Shown here piece after piece: positions 47,381-57,841 of a DNA stretch of 64,000 nucleotides. A program made the position numbers and the translations under genes. The notes beneath the pieces were generated by a model, which saw only the letters and a list, made by a program, of their open reading frames with translations, did not search any database and had not been told where the DNA came from. The first letter of the stretch is position 1. The number at the start of each line of letters is the position of its first letter. Source of the stretch: a virus (lineage: Duplodnaviria; Caudoviricetes); the IMG/VR virus record IMGVR_UViG_3300029305_001221, positions 18,537 through 82,536 of that record; one strand, 5' to 3'.

Positions 47381-49555
47381 ATGAAAGAGATGAAGACATT
47401 AAAGTTCCCTAATCAAGACGAACCTTATGAAATCGTAGATGCTCATGCTAGAAGTCAAATATCTAATGCGCAACAGAAAATAAGTCATATTATTGAATCA
47501 ATGTCTATCTCTACAATTGAGCCATCAGATGATGACATTCCAAAAGTTTTTATTGATGGCGCAATGCCTACGACAAAAGATGATGTGTCTGCTGAATTGA
47601 CCTATATTTCAAAAACACTTAGTTTTCATTCATACGTAACAATTAAATGTCAAGGCACATCTTCTATGAAATATCCGAAAAAGAATTACACCATCAAGTT
47701 GTTTACAGACGAAGATCGTACAATAAAACTAAAAAATAATTTTAGAGGATGGGGAGAACAAAATAAGTTCTGTTTAAAAGCAAACTGGATTGATTTATCG
47801 CATTCACGAAATATTGTCTCTGCAAGACTTTGGGGAGACATTGTAAAGTCTCGTGAAAATTATAATGAGCTACCAGAAATGCTACGTACCAGCCCCAACC
47901 AAGGCGCGATCGATGGATTCTTTATAAAAGTATACTACAATGGTGTGTATCAAGGGCGTTACACATGGAATATTCCAAAAGATGCTTGGATGGCAAATAT
48001 GGATGACGAACTTGATACGCACTGTATTCTTTGTGGAGAAAACTATGATGGCGGATGTTTCAGAGCATTACCAATTATAGACGAGTCGGACTGGTCAGAT
48101 GAAGTTCATGATACCTGCCCTGATAGTATAAAGGCTAGATGGACCGAAGTAGTAAATTTCATTATGACCAGTTCTGACGAAGATTTTAAGGCGAACTTGA
48201 GTAGTTATTTCGATATTAAAAGCTTGATTGACTATCATATATTTGGTCTAGCCATGTGTGGACTTGACTCATATGGTAAAAACCAAATATATATGACATA
48301 TGACGGCAATAAATGGATTGCTTCAATGTATGATTTAGATAGCACTTGGGGTTTGTATTGGAATGGCGAAACGCTTGTCTCTTCGGATTATGCTCGTACT
48401 AGCTTTGAAGATATGGTAAATGGTCGCCAAGGAAACTTGCTATATGAGCGTTTAGAGCAAAATTTTTATGAAGATTTACAAACAAGATGGGAATGTTTGA
48501 AAAATAATGCATTGTCATTGACAAATATTATCAATCGCTTTGAGCGATTCACAGATACAATGACTTCCGACTTAATAAAAGAGGATTATGCTTCTACTAC
48601 TGCCAACGGTGGTTATACTGGCATCCCGTCTATAGCAAAAAATAACATTCAACAGATAAGAAATTTTGCTGCATCAAGACGCACTTGGACTGACGAGTAT
48701 TTAGAGTCTCTCACTCCTATTGTAAGAGTTCCTTGTATCGGCATCACCTTGTCTGCAAATGAGCTTGCGTTTACAGAAAAGGGAACTCAAACTATAGTTG
48801 CGACAGTTGAACCTACAGATACTACTGACAAGATTGTATGGATAACTAGCGATGAAAATGTTGCAACTGTTGATAATGGAGTTGTAACTGCTGTGTTTAA
48901 TGGTAATGCGACTATCACCGCGACTTGTGGTGACTACTCTGCGACATGTTCTGTTGCAGTTAGTGGTATCGAAGAACCTAGTATTCCTGACGAACCTGAT
49001 GAAACCATACTTTATAGCTTACCTGCTGTAACAGAATTCGATGGTACAAATTATATTGATACTGGAGTTGCTCCGTTGGCAACAGATGTCCCATTTACTA
49101 TTTTCATAGATTGGACTCATACAGGCGAGAGTGATTTCGTTGGAAGTATGCATGTTATTGCTCATGCGATGACAGAAAATACTCCATACCCCGGAATTAT
49201 CTTACAATATAATAACAATGGTATCGTTTCTGAATATAGACAAGGATCTAATACGATTTCTTCTAACTCTACTTCTGCTCTTATTGAAAACGCCGATTTA
49301 CAGCGAGTTAAAGTAATATTCAGAAAAGAAGCCGATGGATATATCACAGTATCTAGATGTTACAATGAGAATGGTCAAATTCACACCAATAGAAAACAGA
49401 TCGATTATGTCGCTGTTCCTGAAGAACTGCGTCTCGGCTGTTATCGTTCTAATGTTGGTGGAACAGGCCGTTTTGCAAAGGGTATCATGAACGATTGTAA
49501 GATTTACAATTATGCATTAAGTGATGAAGAAATTCAAGAGCTTATTGCATCTTAA
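47381..49555 (+). CDS. CotH-kinase-like domain + Big_2 Ig domain + LamG-like domain
   Basis: QGTSSMKYPKKNY, CLKANWID, KN...YDLDSTWG; V-P-DTTDKIVW-TSD..VATVDNGVVTAV..G.ATITAT. Confidence 0.75.
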   Translation: MKEMKTLKFPNQDEPYEIVDAHARSQISNAQQKISHIIESMSISTIEPSDDDIPKVFIDGAMPTTKDDVSAELTYISKTLSFHSYVTIKCQGTSSMKYPKKNYTIKLFTDEDRTIKLKNNFRGWGEQNKFCLKANWIDLSHSRNIVSARLWGDIVKSRENYNELPEMLRTSPNQGAIDGFFIKVYYNGVYQGRYTWNIPKDAWMANMDDELDTHCILCGENYDGGCFRALPIIDESDWSDEVHDTCPDSIKARWTEVVNFIMTSSDEDFKANLSSYFDIKSLIDYHIFGLAMCGLDSYGKNQIYMTYDGNKWIASMYDLDSTWGLYWNGETLVSSDYARTSFEDMVNGRQGNLLYERLEQNFYEDLQTRWECLKNNALSLTNIINRFERFTDTMTSDLIKEDYASTTANGGYTGIPSIAKNNIQQIRNFAASRRTWTDEYLESLTPIVRVPCIGITLSANELAFTEKGTQTIVATVEPTDTTDKIVWITSDENVATVDNGVVTAVFNGNATITATCGDYSATCSVAVSGIEEPSIPDEPDETILYSLPAVTEFDGTNYIDTGVAPLATDVPFTIFIDWTHTGESDFVGSMHVIAHAMTENTPYPGIILQYNNNGIVSEYRQGSNTISSNSTSALIENADLQRVKVIFRKEADGYITVSRCYNENGQIHTNRKQIDYVAVPEELRLGCYRSNVGGTGRFAKGIMNDCKIYNYALSDEEIQELIAS

Positions 49556-49587
49556 AATTAAAACTTCTTTTTAGGAGGTTGATTATA

Positions 49588-50253
49588 TTGAAAGAAATGA
49601 AAACTCTGAAATTTCCTAATCAGGAAGAAGCGTACGAAATTGTAGATGCTCATGCGAGAGAACGTATCGATGAACTTGAAGCTCTTCAGTCTGAAGTCGA
49701 CGGTAAACAGAATGTCCTCACCGGCACTGAAGGTCAGATTGTCGGTTTCGATGCCTCTGGTAATGCTGTTGCCACTGAGATGCCTGCTTCTGGTCTTCCG
49801 ATCGTCACCACTGATGGCGGTGATGGTTCCTATTATACTGCCACTGTTCCGGGTATCACTGCGCTGACTCCTGGTATTACTTTCATCATGATTCCTCATG
49901 TTGACAGTACGTCCACTCAGCCGGCTCTTAAGGTTAACGGTCTGACTTCTAAAATGTTGAACAGACAGGTTTCTGCCAGCATCACGTTTGCTACGGCTGC
50001 TACCGATGCAAATTGGCTTCCTGCTGGTTATCCGGTCCAGGTCATGTATAACGGCTCGAAGTGGATTGTCAAGGATCTGCCTAAGCCTTATGCTGCTGAT
50101 CTGTATGGTACTGTTCCTATCTCTAAGGGTGGTACTGGCGTAACTTCTATCGAGGACACCGTGTATACTACAGCTCGATACCGAGCATCCGCACTTGTAA
50201 GTTCGGAGACCGATCCTACTGTTAACGGCGTGATTAACTGGACTTACGAATAA
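49588..50253 (+). CDS. Tail fibre-like protein; shares its first about 23 aa with 47381
   Basis: KEMKTLKFPNQ..YEIVDAHAR; YTATVPGITALTPG...LKVNGL. Confidence 0.68.
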   Translation: MKEMKTLKFPNQEEAYEIVDAHARERIDELEALQSEVDGKQNVLTGTEGQIVGFDASGNAVATEMPASGLPIVTTDGGDGSYYTATVPGITALTPGITFIMIPHVDSTSTQPALKVNGLTSKMLNRQVSASITFATAATDANWLPAGYPVQVMYNGSKWIVKDLPKPYAADLYGTVPISKGGTGVTSIEDTVYTTARYRASALVSSETDPTVNGVINWTYE

Positions 50254-50267
50254 GGAGGTGTTGACCT

Positions 50268-51114
50268 ATGGCACACAAAACGCTTGTAGGTGGCACAGCC
50301 TATGAAGTAAGCGGTGGCAAGACCCTTGTGGACGGTACTGGCTACGAAATCGCAAAAGGAAGAACGCTTGTAGGCGGTACTGGCTATGATATTCCGTTTA
50401 CTAAATCGTATCTTGTGAGAATCACAGGAGGGTGGGATATTCAAGCAGGCTCTACTTGCTATGTGATGATTGGCGGTGTGACATATAACACAGACCAAGA
50501 ACTTTGGGTTGAAGAAGGAACTTCAATTGTAGTGTATTGCGGTGGTACAGAGAGATTGGGTAGCGGTAATATCCGAGTTATATCCACGGACAATGGCGCT
50601 CAATCGGTTGCAACCGCAACTTATCCAAGCAAAGCGAGTTATGATTACACTAAACTCTTCAATGCTGAAACTGAAATCTATATCACAATGGGCAGTTCAA
50701 ATAGTCGTGTAGTTTCTATCACTTCAAACGATACACAGGCAGAAATCCTAAGTAATACGCTATAAGGGGGAATAAACCATGACTTATGTAAAAATCAACG
50801 GTAACCTTTACCCGGCTAATATCGAAGGTAAGATGAATGATCGGGAATGGGACAACCGTGCTAGTAAAACCATCAAGCTGGAAATGACCCACTCTGAAGC
50901 CGACTCTATTTTTGTGGATGGCTTGATCTGGGACATCATCATGGATGTGGATCAGCCTCAGGAAGACGGCTCTATTATCACTGTTCAGGAAGAATACGAC
51001 AACAGCGAATTCTGCGTAGCTGGCGACATCACTGACCATCGTGACGGTACTCTGTCCGTTAAGATGGGTAAGTTCACCACTGAAGAGATGCTGCTGATGG
51101 AGGTGCTGGCATGA
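50268..51114 (+). other. Fibre-associated small CDSs 50268-50765 and 50779-51114
   Basis: RBSs; position after the fibre gene. Confidence 0.7.
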
Positions 51115-51251
51115 AAGTAAGCGCTAATTCTATTCGCATCCTATATCGCGCTGGTAAGATCACTATTGAAGGCGTGAAGCAGGCTTACGACCGCGGTTGG
51201 ATTACTGCCGAGGATTATGAAAAGATCACCGGCGAAGTCTACGCTGCTTAA
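51111..51251 (+). CDS. XkdX-family small protein (46 aa), not in the ORF track
   Basis: GVKQAYDRGWITAEDYEKITGEVY. Confidence 0.75.
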   Translation: MKVSANSIRILYRAGKITIEGVKQAYDRGWITAEDYEKITGEVYAA

Positions 51252-51310
51252 AATTCAAAATGGAGTAAATGACTCATACACAAGCATACTCCTAGGCTAA
51301 AACTCAAATC

Positions 51311-51491
51311 GGTCCAAACCAAGATAGCATTAGCAAGGGTTCATAGGGGTCTTCCTCCTACACCTCCTTTCACATATTTAGCGCGCCATCTCTCCCCTGG
51401 CAGCGCTTTATTTCTTTTTCATGGGTTCTTTGCTCCTTTCAGACCCGACGATCTCTATGAACCCTTACCAATGCTATCTTGGTCTTGGACC
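51311..51491. ncRNA. Candidate structured ncRNA: long closing stem, multiloop with SD/anti-SD motifs; minus strand slightly favoured
   Basis: 51311-51352 pairs with 51441-51491; the two A.C mismatches become G.U on the minus strand; inner hairpin 51380-51407. Confidence 0.7.
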
Positions 51492-51552
51492 TAAAATACA
51501 AATCTAATGCAAAATCATATTAACAAAATCTATCGGAGAGGAGGCAGTAAAT

Positions 51553-51897
51553 ATGGCAAAAGCTAAATCTACAGGCTCGTCTACTACAAGAAAGATGAGA
51601 CCCGCATTAACCCCAGAGGCTAGAGAGAACCAGCTGATCGCTTTAGCAACAGATCTTGTAGAGCAGCGACTAATCGATGGTACTGCCTCTTCGCAAGAGA
51701 CTACACATTTTCTTAAGCTCGCCACAACGAAGGCGAGGCTTGAACGTGAGATTCTCGAAAAGCAGAAAGAGCTTATCGTCGCTAAGACCGAGACTCTGCA
51801 GTCTGCTAAGAGAATGGATGAGATGTATCAGGAGGCCATTAAGGCTATGAGTCGATACCAAGGACATGGTGATCCAGATGAAGAAGACGATTATTAG
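51553..51897 (+). CDS. Probable terminase small subunit-like protein
   Basis: Helical 114-aa protein overlapping an HNH gene near the putative genome left end; no decisive motif. Confidence 0.45.
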   Translation: MAKAKSTGSSTTRKMRPALTPEARENQLIALATDLVEQRLIDGTASSQETTHFLKLATTKARLEREILEKQKELIVAKTETLQSAKRMDEMYQEAIKAMSRYQGHGDPDEEDDY

Positions 51898-52300
51898 AAC
51901 ATATTCCGAACTGATCACTCTGCCGACTTTTGAAGAGCGATATCGCTATCTGCAACTCAATGGAGCAGTTGGCAAGGATACGTTTGGTTTCGACAGATAT
52001 ATCAATCAACAATTTTATAGGTCTAAAGAATGGCAAAGAATTAGAGACGAAGTGATTATTCGAGATAATGCATGCGATTTAGGGATGGAAGGCTACGAGA
52101 TTCATGGTCGTATTTACGTTCATCATATGAACCCGATCATGGTCCGAGATATCCACTCTAATAGCAACTATCTCATGAATCCAGAGTTTCTGATATGCAC
52201 AACTCATCGAACCCATAATGCTATCCACTATGGCGATGAAGACCTGCTTGCCAGAGCTCCGATCGAGCGAACAAAAAACGACACATGCCCTTGGAGGTGA
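51866..52300 (+). CDS. HNH endonuclease (packaging-associated type)
   Basis: FYRSKEWQRIRDEVIIRD..C...VHHMNP...N...L...H..IH. Confidence 0.82.
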   Translation: MVIQMKKTIIRTYSELITLPTFEERYRYLQLNGAVGKDTFGFDRYINQQFYRSKEWQRIRDEVIIRDNACDLGMEGYEIHGRIYVHHMNPIMVRDIHSNSNYLMNPEFLICTTHRTHNAIHYGDEDLLARAPIERTKNDTCPWR

Positions 52301-52306
52301 TGATCT

Positions 52307-55300
52307 ATGGCGCATTCGCACAGTGTAAAAGACTCTGATTCGTATTTTACTATTAATCCAGCAACCAGGTCGATTGAAAACAAGTCTGGAAAGTTGACCC
52401 TCGTCCAGTACGACCACAATTCCGAGCACTTCACTTTCGAAATGCCTAGATACATCGAGGGTCATGACATGTTGTTATGTAATAAAACGGAAATTCATTA
52501 TAACAATATAAGCGATGCTAAGACTAACCCAGGTCTTTATCCGGTATCGGACATGCGAACCAAGCCTGACCACGATGATCGTATCGTTTTCACTTGGCTT
52601 ATTTCCAGGAATGCTACGAAACTTGTCGGTCGTTTGGCGTTTATCGTTCGATTTGCATGTGTATCCGATGAAACTATCGTCGAATATGCCTGGAACACAC
52701 AGCCGTATAGCGATATTAAGATTGTGACTAGCATCAACAATACAGATGCCATTACCGACGAGTTCGAGGACCAGTATACTGACGTTCTCGCTGAATGGAA
52801 GAATAATTTCATTGGACTTGAGGAAGCTGAGGCCATCCAATCCCAATTAGATCTAAAAGGCGATAGTCTCTACTTCGATACGACTACCAATTTATTGTAT
52901 TTAATGAGTAATGGTGAAATCGTTGGCGATGGTGTGGCTGTAGCAGCATCTGGAGGTGGCGGCGGTGGTGGAGGTACCACTACCGAGTACACTATCACAC
53001 TTAAGAATCTCCTAGACGATCGAGTTTTTTCAGTCCCCGGAGGGTCTAGTGTAATTCTGAAATTCTCCTATTCCAGCGTTGATGCCGATGGTTATAGCGA
53101 TGGTTCCGGCGTAGGTACGATTACCATTAATAACATTAAGAAAGCTACGGTTAGCATCAGTCAGGGAGAAAACACTCTCGACATTTCCAGCTATCTCGTA
53201 GATGGTCTCAATACTGTTAAGTTATCTATAGCAAATAGTGAAGGTAGCAGCAGGAGCGTCACTTATACAATAACCGTTGTAACTTTGACTATTAGTACTA
53301 CGCTGGAAGATTTCACAATTCAAAATGGAGATATGACCTTGTATTATACTCCGACTGGCTCGGGTGAGAAGACCGTGTATTTCGATATCGATGACAAAAA
53401 CATCGGTACTCAGTCTGTATCGTCCAGCGGAAAGAGTCAGAGTTATGTCATTCCTGCCCAGTCTCATGGCGGTCACATCTTGGAACTCTACGCGAGTATG
53501 ATAAATGGTGATTCTTTGATCGTCAGCGAGACTTTGAAACGAGGGATTATTTGGGTCGATTCCTCTGATATGACCCCGGTCGTCTTGATTAAATTCGATA
53601 TGGCCAAGGCTACGCAAGGCGAATCTCTTACCATTCCTCATATGGTGTACAATCCGGCAAATGAGACCGCTGACGTTATATATACCGTCTTAAATGAAGA
53701 TGGTAGCGTTTATAGTGAGAAGTCTTTGAGCGTTGGTAGAACGGCTCAGAACTGGATCGTGCAAGATTATCCGCTTGGAAAGGTAACGTTCCGCATCTCC
53801 TGTGGATCGGTTTCTTCGAGTAAGACCGTCACCGTCGAAAAGAGCAACATAGTGATTGAGACCGTCAGTGATTCGCTCGTTCTCGACTTTAATCCTGCCG
53901 GCAGAACCAACCAGGAAGCAACTCCCGCTACTTGGACTGATGGTAATGTCACTGCTACATTCACGAACGTCGGTTTCTCTGGAGCAGATGGTTGGCTGGC
54001 AGATAGTGATGGATCTTCTAAACTGCGAATTCTACCTGGCGGTGAGATGACGATTCCGTATCAGCTTTTCGCCTCTGACCGAAGAGACTCTGGTCTGACT
54101 GTTGAAGTTGAAATGGCTACGCATAACGTGCGAGACTACGATAGCATCGTCTTGTCTTGTCTATCGGGTGGTCGAGGCTTCAAAGTGGCTTCTCAGTATG
54201 CGCAACTTAACTCTGAGCAGTCTAGCATTTCCATGCAATTTAAGGAAGACGATCGAGTACGACTGACCTTTGTGGCCGAGCCGAAAGCTTTGAACCGTCT
54301 GATTTACGTTTACGTAGACGGCGTCATGTGTGGCTCGATCCAGTATCCTGAGGACGATAACTTCCAGCAGAATCCGGCAACCGGTATCACTATTGGCGCC
54401 GAGAGCTCGGGTATCGATATTTATCGAATTCTGCTGTATACGAAGGGTTTGAGTCGAAACGAGGTTCTGGACAACTATATCGCTGGCAGAGCAACTCTGC
54501 AGGAGCGATTGACCGCCCATGCACGTAACGATATTTTAAGTGTTGCTGAGGAATTAGTGATTTCTAAGCTCCCCGCAACTCTTCCTTATATGATCATCGC
54601 ATGCCCTGAACTCCCGCAGTTTAAAGACGATAAGAAGACTTGCACGATCACTTATGTGAATACTGCAGATCCTTCTAAGAGTTTTACTGCCGAGGGCGTG
54701 CAGATCGATGTTCAGGGTACCTCTTCGGCAGGTTATAAGAAGAAGAACTTTAAACCTAAGTATAAGAAGGGCTTTACCTACACGTCGACTGGCGAGTTCA
54801 GCGAGACCTATAAACTTCGGGATAATTCGATTCCTGTATCGGTATTTTGTTTAAAGGCTGACGTCGCTTCGTCTGAAGGTGCAAACAACGTAGAATTGGT
54901 TCGTTTCTATAACGACGTGTGCCCTTATATTCATCCCGCTGCCGCATCCGATAATCGTGTTCGTTGGGGTATCGATGGCTTGCCGATCGTTGTGTTCTGG
55001 CAGAATACGGATACGGGTGTGGTTAAGTTCTGGGGTAAGTACAATGCGAACAATGATAAAAGTACCGCAGAAACATACGGTCTAACTAATGGATGCGAAT
55101 CTTGGGAAATTTGTAACAATACCAGCGACCGTGTCATCTTCAAGAAGAGTGACTATGGTGATGGCTGGACCAGTGACTTCGAAGCTCGCTATCCTGAGGA
55201 TAATCTCGACTATACTAATCTTAAACGCCTGACAGATTGGTTGGTATCCACCGATCGTTCTGCGGTCGATACTGACGAAGAGAAGACTGCTCGACTTGAG

Positions 55301-57841
55301 AAATTCAAAATGGAGTTCGAGGACTACTTCGTCAAAGAACCGACCCTGTTCTACTATTTATTCACTGAAGTATTTCTGATGGTGGATAGTAGAGCTAAGA
55401 ACTTCTTCCCATCTACGTATGATGGTATACATTGGTTGCCGCTTCCTTACGATATGGATACTGCTATCGGCATTAACAACGAAGGCGCCCTGGTCTTTGA
55501 TTATGACTTGGAAGACACTGACGTTATCGATGGAGCAGATGTATTCAACGGTCAGCATTCCGTTCTTTGGTGTAACGTCCGTGATGCATTCTACGATGAT
55601 ATCAAAGATATGTATGCTGAACTCCGAGGCGGCACTCTGTTTAATTACGATACCATTATCAAGCGTTTCAGCGACCATCAGACCGTGTGGCCTGAGGTTG
55701 TCTGGAACGAAGATGCCTGGGAGAAGTATCTTGAACCTCTTATTAATGATAAAGATGGTTCATATTTGACTATGCTTCAGGGTAGTAAAGCCAGCCAGCG
55801 TGAATGGTGGTTATATAACGGTTTCAGATACCGTGATAGCAAATACCAGACTGGCGACGCTCAGAAGCAATATATTACTCTTAGATGCTACGCGGTCGGT
55901 AATATTACTGTCACCCCGTATTCACACATTTGGCCTCGTATTAAGTACGGTTCTTATCCCGTGACTGAACGCGGTAAGCGAAACGTGCCTGTTACCCTGG
56001 AATGTCCGCTTGATAATATGAACGATACCGAAGTCTATATCTATTCTTCGGATCGATTGATTGACATCGGCGACCTTTCTCACCTTATGGTTGGCTATGC
56101 TAACTTCTCCATGGCTAACAAACTTACGAGCTTGAAACTTGGCGACGGGGCGGAAGGTTATCAGAATACGAGATTGAACGAGCTATATGTCGGTAACAAC
56201 GAACTATTGACTAGCCTGGACATTCGTAATTGTGCGAATTTGACCATGACTGTCGATCTTAGCGGTTGCGCTGGCCTTGAGACTATTGAAGCAGAAGGAA
56301 GTAGCGTGACTGGTTTCACCCTTCCAATTGGTGGCAATCTTCAGACCATGCATCTGCCTGGCACGATGACAAACTTGACCCTGCGTAACATGAAGCAGCT
56401 CACGGAGTTGACGATGGAAGGTTATTCCGCGTTGACTACTCTCCGTATCGAAAATACTCCTAACGTTCCCCTGGAGACCATTATTAATGGCGCCAGTAGC
56501 CTTGAACGTGTGAGACTAGTCGATATTGAGTGGACTGCCACAGACGAGGCTTCACTAACCACAACGATTAATCGTTTGAAGACCTGCGGAGGTCTTAATG
56601 CAGATGGTAGTAACAGTACTTCTGCGGTTATTAACGGCAGAGTTTATGTCGATAGTGCGTCTGATGAATTGTTAGAGACTATTTACACTAACTTCCCCGA
56701 TCTGGTGGTTGTTGTTGCCGGCTCTGTGAGTTATCTGGTTCGTTATCTGGATTACGATGGTACTCTGCTGTATAGCGTGTTGCTTGGAGAAGGCGAAGAT
56801 CTTATCGATCCTGTTGAAGCTGGACTGATTGATGTTCCTACACGAGAACTCTCTGATGAGAGTATCTATGTATACGCAGGATGGTCTGAGAATCCGACAA
56901 ATATTACTAGAAACTATACCCTGGTTGCGCAGTATGTTATCGCCCATCGTGTTCGTTTTCTCGTGGATGACAATGTGTATGATATTCAGTGGATAATCGC
57001 TGGTGAAAGCGCAGTCATTCCAGCTAATCCTACGAAAGATAGTACCGTCCAGTACGTGTATACGTTCGATTCGTGGGATATGGATCATACCAATATCGCT
57101 GCTCCGACTGATATTTCTGCTATATTCGTAGCGACTCTTCAGGTTTACACCGTGTCTTTCTATAACGGAACAGTATTATTACAGACTGTCACTGCTGAGT
57201 ATGGTAGCGACGCTGTATATACTGGCGCTACGCCGGAGTATGACGAGGTGGACTATGAGTTCTACGGATGGAATCCAGAGCCTATCGCTATTACCGGAAA
57301 TATGAACTGCTATGCGAAATTTAAGTATACCGGTCTATATTCTGTTAAGATCGCGGACCGCACGCTTGCTGGATCGTATGAGAATGATCGAGTTACTTCG
57401 GTTGGTCTTTATACATTCTATAGCTGCCCCGACTTAGAGTCTATAAGTCTACCTTCTGCGACTTCTATTGGTAGAAACGCGTTTAGGTATTGCTACGCAT
57501 TGACTAATGTCAACATCCCGAGCGTGAAGACGCTTGATAGCTCTGCGTTTAGTTACTGCACAGCACTGACGAGAATCGATATCCCTGCGGTGACATCTAT
57601 CGCCAATCAGGCATTTTATAGATGCTCCGCGCTGAATACTTTGATTCTGCGCAGTAATACAATGTGCGCTCTAACGGGTACTAATGTATTTGTCGATACG
57701 CCGATTGCGGATGGTACTGGTTATATTTACGTTCCGGCTGCTCTGCTTGAGGAGTATATCTCTGCAACAAACTGGAGTGCTATGGCCGATCAATTCCGCG
57801 CTATTGAAGACTATCCTGATATTACTGGAGGTGCCGCATGA
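52307..57841 (+). CDS. 1844-aa multidomain virion protein: BppU-like N-terminus, LamG-like, CotH-like, LRR, InlB B-repeat-like, BspA-type LRR C-terminus
   Basis: Shared N-terminal domain; QGTSSAGYKKKN, CLKADVASSE, KN...PYDMDTAIG; Y.V.F...F.GW repeats; SIG..AF..C..L repeats. Confidence 0.78.
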   Translation: MAHSHSVKDSDSYFTINPATRSIENKSGKLTLVQYDHNSEHFTFEMPRYIEGHDMLLCNKTEIHYNNISDAKTNPGLYPVSDMRTKPDHDDRIVFTWLISRNATKLVGRLAFIVRFACVSDETIVEYAWNTQPYSDIKIVTSINNTDAITDEFEDQYTDVLAEWKNNFIGLEEAEAIQSQLDLKGDSLYFDTTTNLLYLMSNGEIVGDGVAVAASGGGGGGGGTTTEYTITLKNLLDDRVFSVPGGSSVILKFSYSSVDADGYSDGSGVGTITINNIKKATVSISQGENTLDISSYLVDGLNTVKLSIANSEGSSRSVTYTITVVTLTISTTLEDFTIQNGDMTLYYTPTGSGEKTVYFDIDDKNIGTQSVSSSGKSQSYVIPAQSHGGHILELYASMINGDSLIVSETLKRGIIWVDSSDMTPVVLIKFDMAKATQGESLTIPHMVYNPANETADVIYTVLNEDGSVYSEKSLSVGRTAQNWIVQDYPLGKVTFRISCGSVSSSKTVTVEKSNIVIETVSDSLVLDFNPAGRTNQEATPATWTDGNVTATFTNVGFSGADGWLADSDGSSKLRILPGGEMTIPYQLFASDRRDSGLTVEVEMATHNVRDYDSIVLSCLSGGRGFKVASQYAQLNSEQSSISMQFKEDDRVRLTFVAEPKALNRLIYVYVDGVMCGSIQYPEDDNFQQNPATGITIGAESSGIDIYRILLYTKGLSRNEVLDNYIAGRATLQERLTAHARNDILSVAEELVISKLPATLPYMIIACPELPQFKDDKKTCTITYVNTADPSKSFTAEGVQIDVQGTSSAGYKKKNFKPKYKKGFTYTSTGEFSETYKLRDNSIPVSVFCLKADVASSEGANNVELVRFYNDVCPYIHPAAASDNRVRWGIDGLPIVVFWQNTDTGVVKFWGKYNANNDKSTAETYGLTNGCESWEICNNTSDRVIFKKSDYGDGWTSDFEARYPEDNLDYTNLKRLTDWLVSTDRSAVDTDEEKTARLEKFKMEFEDYFVKEPTLFYYLFTEVFLMVDSRAKNFFPSTYDGIHWLPLPYDMDTAIGINNEGALVFDYDLEDTDVIDGADVFNGQHSVLWCNVRDAFYDDIKDMYAELRGGTLFNYDTIIKRFSDHQTVWPEVVWNEDAWEKYLEPLINDKDGSYLTMLQGSKASQREWWLYNGFRYRDSKYQTGDAQKQYITLRCYAVGNITVTPYSHIWPRIKYGSYPVTERGKRNVPVTLECPLDNMNDTEVYIYSSDRLIDIGDLSHLMVGYANFSMANKLTSLKLGDGAEGYQNTRLNELYVGNNELLTSLDIRNCANLTMTVDLSGCAGLETIEAEGSSVTGFTLPIGGNLQTMHLPGTMTNLTLRNMKQLTELTMEGYSALTTLRIENTPNVPLETIINGASSLERVRLVDIEWTATDEASLTTTINRLKTCGGLNADGSNSTSAVINGRVYVDSASDELLETIYTNFPDLVVVVAGSVSYLVRYLDYDGTLLYSVLLGEGEDLIDPVEAGLIDVPTRELSDESIYVYAGWSENPTNITRNYTLVAQYVIAHRVRFLVDDNVYDIQWIIAGESAVIPANPTKDSTVQYVYTFDSWDMDHTNIAAPTDISAIFVATLQVYTVSFYNGTVLLQTVTAEYGSDAVYTGATPEYDEVDYEFYGWNPEPIAITGNMNCYAKFKYTGLYSVKIADRTLAGSYENDRVTSVGLYTFYSCPDLESISLPSATSIGRNAFRYCYALTNVNIPSVKTLDSSAFSYCTALTRIDIPAVTSIANQAFYRCSALNTLILRSNTMCALTGTNVFVDTPIADGTGYIYVPAALLEEYISATNWSAMADQFRAIEDYPDITGGAA

